Positions 51,701 to 60,398 of a stretch of 64,000 nucleotides of DNA are shown here, piece after piece. Every line of letters starts with the position of its first letter. Within the stretch, counting starts at the first letter, position 1. The stretch is from Macrostomum hystrix (Eukaryota; Animalia; Platyhelminthes), in NCBI GenBank assembly GCA_950097015.1, contig CATNEN010000007.1, forward strand, positions 3,286,001 to 3,350,000, read 5' to 3'. The notes beneath the pieces are model-generated. The model did not search any database. It had not been told where the DNA came from and saw nothing but the letters and a program-made list of their open reading frames with translations. A program made the position numbers and the translations under genes.

Positions 51701-54700
51701 AACATGGCAAAACCAGAGTTTGAATCATGGCTAAACCAGAGTTTGAATCATGGCTAAACCAGATCTTGAATCATGGCTAAACCAGAGTCTGAATCATGGC
51801 TAAACCAGAGTCTGAATCATGACTAAACTAGAGTCTGAATCATGGCTAAACCAGAGTTTAAATCATGGCAAAACCAGAGTTTGAATCATAGCTACACCAG
51901 AGTCTGAATCATGGCTAAACCAGAATTTGAATCATAGCTAAACCAGCGTCTTAATCATGGCTAAACTAGATTCTGAATCATGGCTAGACCAGAGTCTGAA
52001 TCATGGCTACACCAGAGTCTGAATCATGGCTAAACCAGAATTTGAATCATAGCTAAACCAGTGTCTTAATCATGGCTAAACTAGATTCTGAATCATGGCT
52101 AAACCAGAGTTTGAATCATGGCTAAACCAGATCTTGAATCATGGCTAAACCAGAGTCTGAATCATGGCTAAACCAGAGTCTGAATCATGGCTAAACCAGA
52201 GTCTGAATCATGGCTAAACCAGACTCTGAATCATGGCTACACCAGAGTCTGAATCATGGCTAAACCAGAACTGGTGGATAATCGTCAACTGGGGGATCAT
52301 GGTAAACTGGGGGATAATTGTCAACTGGGGGATCATTGTCAACTGGAGGATAATTGTCACGGGGAAACATCACCAAATGCGGGATCATAATCAACTGGGG
52401 ATCATTGTCAACTAGGGGATCATGTTCAACTGGGGGAACATTGTCAACTGGGATCACCATCAATGGGGGATCATAGTCAACTGAGAGATAATTGTCGACT
52501 GGGGGATAATCGTCAACTGGGGGATCATGGTCAACTGGAGGATCATTGTCAACGGGGGGATAATTGTCAACTGGGGGATCATTGTCAACTGGGGAGTCAT
52601 CATCAAATGCGGGATCATGGTCAACTGGGGGATAATTGTCAATGTCAACTGGGGGATCATTGTCAACTGTGAGATCATTGTCAATGTCAACTGGGGGATC
52701 AATGTCAACTGGGGATCATTGTCAACTGTGGGATCATTGTAAACTGGGGGATCATTGTCAACTGTGGGAACATTGTCAACTGGGGGAACGTTGTCAACTG
52801 GAGATTATCATCAATGGGGAGTCATCATTAACTGGGGGATCATTGTCAACTAGGGGATCATGTTCAACTGGGGGAACATTGTCAACTGGGATCACCATCA
52901 ATGGGGGATCATAGTCAACTGAGAGATAATTGTCGACTGGGGGTTTATCATCACCCGGAGGATCATTGTGAACTGGGGGGATCATTGTCAACTTGTTGAT
53001 CATCATCAACTGGGGGATCATTGTCAACTGTGGGAACATTGTCAACTGGGGGAACGTTGTCAACTGGAGATTATCATCAATGGGGAGTCATCATTAACTG
53101 GGGGATCATTGTCAACTGCGTGATCATCATCAATTGGGGGTTTATTGTCAACTCGGGGATCATTGTCAACTGTGGGAACATTGTCAACTGGGGATCATCA
53201 TCAATGGGGAGTCATCATTAACTGGGGGATCATTGTCAACTGTGGGATCATTGTCAACTGGGGGATCATTGTCAAATGGGGGAACATTGTCAACTGGGGG
53301 ATCATTGTCAACTGGGGGTTCATTGTCAACTGGGGGTTCATTGTCAACTGGGGGTTCATTGTCAACTGTGGGATCATTGTCAACGGGCGGGATCATTGTC
53401 AACTGGGGGATCATTGTCAACTGGGGGATCGTTGTCAACTGGGGGATCATTGTCAACTGGGGGATCATTGTAGCTTTAAAAAGCTGTAAATTCAGCTGCT
53501 AAAAAGTATATACTAGACGAATTAAAAGTATTTCTGCTCCCCGAAGGGGGGCAAAACTTGCTAGTTTCTATCTATAAAGCCAGCTCACCCGGATCGCTGC
53601 CCAGCAACCGTAGTCCGTAGAGTCCCGGCGCAATCTCCGTCACGGGCACATCGTTGGCCCGTCCGGCTGGTGAGCGGAGCTCCGCCCGGACGTCGCCGCC
53701 GCCCAGGCAGCGAGCGTCCAGGCGGGCCTCGGTGACACGGCTGCTGCGAAGGCCGCTCGGCACCTCCAGGCGGACGTCGTGCGGACTGCCGCGGTTCACC
53801 TCCACCGGCAGCGGCTCGGCGTCTGCTCCGGCGACGCTGACGGAGTGCCGCCCGGCCCAGATCGGCATGAACTCAACTCGGAGTCGAGAATCGGTCAGCC
53901 AGGTGAGATGCGGCTGCGGCTGGGTGCCCCGCGGGCCTTCAATGTTGGCAGCCACCGCGGCTTTGTCGGCCACCGGCCTCGGCAGCTCCAGCAGCAGAGC
54001 CACCGTCTGGTTCGGCTTCGGCGGCCCGAATTCGTCGCTGTCAAGGCGAAGCCGGGCGCGCGGAGCTGGCTCCGGCGGTGGCGGCGGCGGCGGTGGCGGC
54101 GACGGCGGAACAGCGTTCACAGATTGATGCGATCGGACAGCGTCAATGAAGTCACCGTCCGGTGCTGGCTGCGGACAGGCCCGCTCGAGCCTGGCCGCGT
54201 AGGCCATGACGCCCAGGTAGTCGACATCCTGATTGGTGAACTCGTCTGCCGTCAGGACCGGCTCGACGCTGAACCTCGCCCGGGCGCGCTCGAAGCAGCG
54301 TTCAGCCCGGTGCTTCGGCGTGTCGGCGGTCAGCTCCGGCGAAGCGCCCATCGCACGTAGCAGGCTGCAGAGCACCTCGCCATTCACCCAGTCCGTAGTG
54401 AAGTTTTCCACTGGCGGATGACCAACCGAAGCCAGCATGCGGTTCACCCAGCGCATCGTCGCCTGGTAGCCCGGCGACTCCAGATTCATAAAGTACGAGA
54501 GATAGGTCATGGCGCTCAGCTCGTCGACATAGGAGGAGCTGAGATCCTCGGCCTGCATGATCTGCGGCACGCCAAACTTCGCCTTCGCCAGCACCATGGC
54601 CGAGCGACAGTTGGCCAGTCTGCGAAGGCGGATAAATGTTTCGCTGCTTCATTTTTGCCTTTATTTCTACTTATAGTAGTGCAGCAACGGCACTAAAAAA

Positions 54701-54967
54701 TGGAAGCTAGTAATTTCAAGCTAAACAACTACAAGCGGGTGTGAGCACACTAATTGTTATCTCAGATGTTGTCGACTATGAATTATAGGTCTGAATGAGT
54801 TTGGGCATTCAGCCACTTCTCGTAGGCGGCCTAGAGAGAGAGATGGGCGTGCAACTTTCTTGGCTCGCTGAGCAGATGGGACACAGAAATGGTAAGCGAG
54901 AAGGTAGAAAGAATGATAAGGATGCACAATAGGCGGTGCCCCCAATTGAGTCCCAACCCGCCCTGCT

Positions 54968-54998
<31 letters not shown>

Positions 54999-57900
54999 GT
55001 GCTCACCCATTGTCTCTGTGCAGCTGTCTCCAGTTTGGCGATGTTCCCGGCTCGCAGTAGTTGAGCAGGGCGCTAAAAAAATTGAGGGGTTTGAAAAAAA
55101 TAAAGCAAATTCTTCGGTATGGAATGCTGCGCGGAAATACAGACAGAGTAGGAGAGTCAGATTGTCTTGTAAGCTTAAGATGAGATAAGAAAGTTCTCGA
55201 AGCATGCGTGCTCGGCTCATTGGGGGTCGATGAACCCCACCCCACACCTAAGACCCACCCAGGTGACCCACCCATTCAAGCTGTTGGGTGTGAGCTGTGG
55301 TATGGAATATTGAAAAGTAGCTTATTTTGTAGGTAAGTCTTAATAGTTATATTAGAAAGTTCATAATTATTGACGTTGTAAATCACTTGCGATCTGCGAA
55401 CTAAATATCTACGAGAGTAAGAAATTACGCATGTCAGAGACGGGAGTAAACCTACAAGTGCCTGCAAGATCAGAGATTTTGTGCCGAAGACGAAAGATGA
55501 GATTAGAATTAGATTGTACTTGTTCTGATAAGACACAGAAACAATTTTCTAGATGACCTAGAACAGAGAGAGAATAGATCAGAGAGAGAAGAGACTAGAT
55601 CGGAGAGAGAATACTAGATCAGAGAGAGAATAGATCAGAGAGAGAAGAGACTAGATCGGAGAGAGAATACTAGATCAGAGAGAGAATAGATCAGAGAGAG
55701 AAGAGACTAGATCGGAGAGAGAAGAGACTAGATCAGAGAGAGAGAAGAGACTAGATCAGAGAGAAGAGACTAGATCAGAGAGAAGAGACTAGATCAGAGA
55801 TAGAAGAGACTAGATCAGAGAGAGAAGAGACTAGATCAGAGAGAAGAGACTAGATCTGAGTGAGAGGAGACTAGATCAGAGAGGTGAGAAGAGACTAGAT
55901 AAGAGATAGAAGAGACTAGATCAGAGAGAAGAGACTAGATCTGAGTGAGAGGAGACTAGATCAGAGAGAGAAGAGTAGAGAAGAGATATATAAGAGACTA
56001 GATCAGATAGAAGAGACTAGATCAGAGAGAAGAGACTAGATCTGAGTGAGAGGAGACTAGATCAGAGAGAGGGAGAGAGAGAGCGGGAGAGAGGAGAGAG
56101 GACACTGCCCATTGAATATCAAAAATCTAATGTTGGAATCGATTCCGATATTTATCGAAAAAATTGAAATCAGGATTCGAACCAAGGCAACTCCAGACGC
56201 GTTTCGCTCTTATTGGAGCTCATCAGTAGAGTCTAGCCTAGCGCTCTAGCCATTAGGCTATAGGCGCTTGTTCAAATCCAGCTTACAATCTCAACATATC
56301 GTAATCGATTCGGCAGCGCCCCGCAACTCAATCCATACTCACTCAACTCCGTGGCACTGACTCGGTCGTACGAGATGCCGGTGCTGGCCTGAGAGAGAGG
56401 GAGAGAGGGAGAGAGAGAACGGGAGAGAGGAGAGAGGACACTGCCCATTGAATTTCAAAAATTTCAAGAGAAGAGACTAGATCAGAGAGATAATACTAGA
56501 TCAGAGAGAAAATAGATCAGAGAGAGAATAGATCAAAGAGAGAAGAGACTAGATCAGAGAGAGAAGAGACTAGATCAGAGAGAGAATAGATCCGAGAGAG
56601 AAGAGACTAGATCAGAGAGAGAATAGATCCGAGAGAGAAGAGACTAGATCGGAGAGAGAAGAGACTAGGTCAGAGAGAGAATACTAGATCAGAGAGAGAA
56701 TAGATCAGAGAGAGAATATATCAGAGAGAGAATAGATCAGAGAGAGAAGAGACTAGATTAGAGAGAGAAGAGACTATATCAGAGAGAGAATACTACGAGC
56801 TAGATCAGAGAGAGACTAGATCAGAGAGAGAAGAGACTAGATCAGAGAGGTGAGTAGAGACTAGATCAGAGAGAGCGGAGAGACTAGATCAGAGAGAGCG
56901 GAGAGACTAGATCAGAGAGAGCGGAGAGACTAGATCAGAGAGAGAAGAGACTAGATCAGAGAGGTGAGTAGAGACTAGATCAGAGAGAGCGGAGAGACTA
57001 GATCTGAGAGAAGAGACTAGATCAGAGAGAGCGGAGAGACTAGATCAGAGAGAGAAGAGACTAGATCAGAGAGAGAATAGATCCGAGAGAGAAGAGACTA
57101 GATCAGAGAGAGAATAGATCCGAGAGAGAAGAGACTAGATCGGAGAGAGAAGAGACTAGGTCAGAGAGAGAATACTAGATCAGAGAGAGAATAGATCAGA
57201 GAGAGAATATATCAGAGAGAGAATAGATCAGAGAGAGAAGAGACTAGATTAGAGAGAGAAGAGACTATATCAGAGAGAGAATACTACGAGCTAGATCAGA
57301 GAGAGACTAGATCAGAGAGAGAAGAGACTAGATCAGAGAGGTGAGTAGAGACTAGATCAGAGAGAGCGGAGAGACTAGATCAGAGAGAGCGGAGAGACTA
57401 GATCAGAGAGAGCGGAGAGACTAGATCAGAGAGAGAAGAGACTAGATCAGAGAGGTGAGTAGAGACTAGATCAGAGAGAGCGGAGAGACTAGATCTGAGA
57501 GAAGAGACTAGATCAGAGAGAGCGGAGAGACTAGATCAGAGAGAGAAGAGACTAGATCAGAGAGGTGAGTAGAGACTAGATCAGAGAGAGCGGAGAGACT
57601 AGATCAGAGAGAGCGGAGAGACTAGATCAGAGAGAGCGGAGAGACTAGATCAGAGAGAGCGGAGAGACTAGATCAGAGAGAGCGGAGAGACTAGATCAGA
57701 GAGAGAAGAGACTAGATCAGAGAGGTGAGTAGAGACTAGATCAGAGAGAGCGGAGAGACTAGATCAGAGAGAGCGGAGAGACTAGATCAGAGAGAGCGGA
57801 GAGACTAGATCAGAGAGAGCGGAGAGACTAGATCAGAGAGAGCGGAGAGACTAGATCAGAGAGAGAAGAGACTAGATCAGAGAGGTGAGAAGAGACTAGA

Positions 57901-59514
57901 TCAGAGAGGTGAGTAGAGACTAGATCAGAGAGAGCGGAGAGACTAGATCAGGCTATGTGCAGGCAGCATTGCACGGCCTGTCACTCACTGCAAAGCAATG
58001 CCGCTGTTCCAGTCTGTGGTGAAATTGTTGATGGTGAGGTCTGGCAGTACGGCCTGCACCCAGCAGAGCATCAGCTTCTTAGACGGTATCTTGGAGGTCT
58101 TGCCAATCTGGTATTTGAGAATCATGTGCCACACCAGGCCCAGGATCAGTTTGATGTTCTCCTTCACAATGTCTTCGGCGCCTGCAGTGCGGAGTTTCAG
58201 TTGAATTGTGCTTGAACTGACGGTAAATCCAGATTACCTTCCCTTCTCTACCGGGCCATTGTTCTGCGCGAGGATCTCTTCCTCATTAAAAATTAATTAA
58301 CTTCCCAAACCCCTGTGCCACTGCAGTCGCGTCAGGTCAATCAGCAGTTGAGTTTGAGTTTCTTTTCATATAAAGTATATATGAAATACCACGGGCGTTG
58401 TAGTAGTGAAGGTAAGGCGAAAGTAACTACAGCTGTGCCTCGTGTGTTAGTGCTTTAGCTCAGTTCAACAAAACCCCTGCATGTTGTGTACCGTTTGTGT
58501 GTGTGCGTATACTGTAATATGTGCTCAATACACTCTCGCACTAATAAACCAATGCCCTGTTCTGTGGAGCACAAACAGTCAGCTGGTGGAGGTGGCGGAG
58601 GTTGTGGGGCGGACTCGGCTCCGATCAGGGGAAAGAAGAAAGAAATAGAAAATTAAAAGTGCAGCCGGGAGTTGACGCCCAGCACGAACACACTCGTTCC
58701 TGTGCTCTCCCTTCACTCCTTCTCACACTGCTGTGAAAACTCGGGTAGAGGCTCTTCAGGACCGAATGCAGCGAGACAAAATTTTCATTAGCTGTCTAAT
58801 TTTGTCTCTCAGATTTGAAGCCGTTTCAAATTGGTGACGCCCCGCGCTACTGGAGCGTGTGATTGCCTTGAACAGGAATAATACTAATCTTGTAATACTC
58901 ACAGGAGGGCTGTGGGTCATAGCACATCATTTGGTGACACTAGACCCGCAGCCAGCGAGGAGGCAATTCTGTTCATTTCGCTGACTCCTGAGCACACACG
59001 CACACAGGTGTGTACGAGTCGAGTATCTACCCAGACTTTCTCATCGTCAGGCAGTGTACACTTTCACTGTCCCTTAGAGGTTGGCCCTTAATATCGCAAA
59101 CTGCACGACAAGCCCTCAAGCCTTCTCTCCGCGGCTGCGCCCCAAATGAATGTGGCCTCTCAAGAATTTACCAATATTGACCAGCCGGACATTGTCCTCG
59201 GCCAGGGCCTGCAGCGCCAAGTTGATATTCTCAAGTCGGTGATGCTCAGTCAGCGGCTTGTTGAGCCGGCCCAGCTTCCTATTCTGCAGGACCTCCACTA
59301 GGGGCACCAGTTTTGTGCCGTCACCGAAGCCGGTGACCAAAGAATCGATTGGCTCCTTGCCGGCTGTGCTGAGGTTCTGATTGACCCAGTTCAGGAAGGT
59401 GTTTGCCTGCATGTCCACCCACTCGCCCTCCATGCTGCCTAATAGGGCGATGGCTGTGTGGCCCTCCGGACTGCGCGGATCCGGACTGGCCGGTGAGTCA
59501 GGCAGGGTTGCCAT
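36793..59514 (-). CDS. jbug: Filamin of the jitterbug/FLN-2 type: 3 calponin-homology domains plus 10 filamin Ig repeats, 1354 aa
   Basis: Exons in transcript order: 59172-59514, 57989-58181, 55007-55072, 53589-54619, 43076-43350, 42352-42532, 40676-41230, 38477-39149, 37618-38126, 36793-37031. Total 4065 nt = 1355 codons, all GT-AG. CH1 WVDMQANTFLNWVN..KLILGLVWHMILKY; CH2 NFTTDWNSGIALHALLNYCEPG..VDELSAMTYLSYF; CH3 NFTTDWVNGEVLCSLL..VDYLGVMAYAARL. Ig repeats end in GSPF-type motifs. Confidence 0.9.
37060..37600. repeat. 16-bp minisatellite (CACCCACCTCCGCAGT)
   Basis: Fills the last filamin intron. Confidence 0.9.
38150..38270. repeat. 11-bp repeat (GTGGTTGCTAT)
   Basis: About 10 tandem copies. 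Confidence 0.9.
39185..39800. repeat. 21-bp minisatellite (CTCACTCTCTACTCAGTACTG)
   Basis: Explains the VLLTLYS ORFs. Confidence 0.92.
40385..40640. repeat. 22-bp minisatellite (GATAGATCGGGTGAGTTGGATT)
   Basis: Visible tandem copies. Confidence 0.88.
41332..41562 (-). mobile_element. tRNA-derived SINE remnant with CORE/Meta-like central domain
   Basis: Minus strand: GCAGCCTAGTG (A-box-like), GGTTCGATTCC (B box, 41469-41479), then CAATACACTTAACTCTG..CAGTTCACCCAGCTGTTAAATGGGTACC. Flanked by an 11-bp direct repeat TCCATGGACTG. Confidence 0.65.
41835..42245. repeat. ~20-21-bp minisatellite (CCACTATACCACACGGGGGCA)
   Basis: Visible tandem copies. Confidence 0.92.
44575..44765 (+). mobile_element. 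Degenerate tRNA-derived SINE fragment with (TTTCTATC)-like tail
   Basis: GTCTGACTTCTA resembles an anticodon arm, AGTTCGAATCT resembles a B box, and a simple-repeat tail follows, into which the Helitrons inserted. Confidence 0.4.
45368..47540. repeat. 23-bp satellite (AAACCAGAGTCTGAATCATGGCT) inside Helitron copy 1
   Basis: Tandem array. The equivalent array in copy 2 is at 50443-52268. Confidence 0.95.
47545..49750. repeat. 18-bp satellite (GGGATCATTGTCAACTGG) inside Helitron copy 1
   Basis: Tandem array. The equivalent array in copy 2 is at 52270-53470. Confidence 0.95.
50443..52268. repeat. 23-bp satellite inside Helitron copy 2
   Basis: Same unit as 45368-47540. Confidence 0.95.
52270..53470. 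repeat. 18-bp satellite inside Helitron copy 2
   Basis: Same unit as 47545-49750. Confidence 0.95.
56065..56462 (-). mobile_element. 336-bp hammerhead-bearing, tRNA-related unit with 62-bp terminal direct repeats (retrozyme/SINE-like)
   Basis: Direct repeats at 56065-56126 and 56401-56462 (2 mismatches, offset 336). A box at 56250-56260, B box at 56173-56183 and T6 at 56158-56163, all on the minus strand. Confidence 0.65.
56189..56233 (-). ncRNA. Minimal type I hammerhead ribozyme
   Basis: Minus strand reads GACTCTA-CTGATGA-GCTC-CAATAA-GAGC-GAAAC-GC-GTC^-TGGAGTT. Complete catalytic core (CUGAnGA, GAAA, GUC cleavage triplet), 4-bp stem II, 7-bp stem I (two G-U pairs), and stem III reduced to the palindrome ACGCGT. 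Confidence 0.9.
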
Positions 59515-60398
59515 GCGAGTTGCTGCTGCTGCTGCTGAGTGGCAATCTATAATAGAAACCGTTTGTGTGCATATTCGAATGCACGTTTATTAATTTAGTA
59601 TTTCTGGCTTCCAATTTTTTTACTTGTGAAGTTTTATTATAAGAAAGGGACGATAAAGCATATGATAAAAAATTGTAGTCTAGTGTATCATACTACACTG
59701 AGCTAAATTAGCAGAAAATATTTTGAAAATAAAAAAGAAGAAAATTATAAAGCAGATTCACAGTTAAATTAAAAATATGTGCCAGTTTTATTTACAACTA
59801 GTTATTTTATAAAACAAAATAAATTTTGCCTGCACATATGTATATCTAGACCCGAAATATAAGACATTTTCAAAACGGTTTCGTGTTCTAAAATTCTTTT
59901 TAAATGATTCGAAAACTAATATATTGTTTGCATCATTAATGTTACGACAACGCAACTTTCAATGAAATAATAGTTAGGGAAGAATATACAGCAAGGTATC
60001 AGTTATCTCACCTGTTCGTCAAAAGAACTCGATCGTCAAGTTTTACGGTCACGCTCTCAAAAAGAAACTCAGAAACAATAGAGAAACTGAATTGTCGCCA
60101 ATTTGCATTAACAAACTTAAGACAGATTTAAACAAAAATAGTATTATCCACACTAACTTATGAGCAAAAACGTCTTGCAATAACTTATAGCTAAGAAATT
60201 TTATTTTATAAGTTTTTTTATTTTGTTTTGGTACAATTTCCTTCTGTTGTTAGCCACAGGCTTCATATGAAAAAATTAATATTGCAATTTGTATAATTAT
60301 TGTAGAATCACAATAAATTCTGCTGCAAACGTTTCCTTTCAAAACAATAATTCTCCTTACCCTTGTTTCAACAGGTTGTATCATTACAAATGCATTAA

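Larger units (their letters stand above)
49845..53564 (+). mobile_element. Non-autonomous Helitron, copy 2 (3720 bp), head-to-tail with copy 1
   Basis: 5' TCTAATATACTAAAAATGAA. The ~560-bp unique body is near-identical to copy 1, with the same hairpin and CTAG end (53561-53564) followed by T. Confidence 0.85.
55565..57950. repeat. GA-rich ~21-bp satellite (AGAGACTAGATCAGAGAGAGA), interrupted by the hammerhead element
   Basis: Fills filamin intron 55073-57988. Confidence 0.93.

Noticed and set aside
47503-53502. Many NWGIIV / LGDHCQ / PPVDND repeat ORFs
   Set aside because: Frames of the 18-bp satellite inside the Helitrons.
56173-56267. Functional tRNA gene with an intron
   Set aside because: Acceptor and T stems do not pair and there is no anticodon loop. 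Treated as a tRNA-derived promoter.
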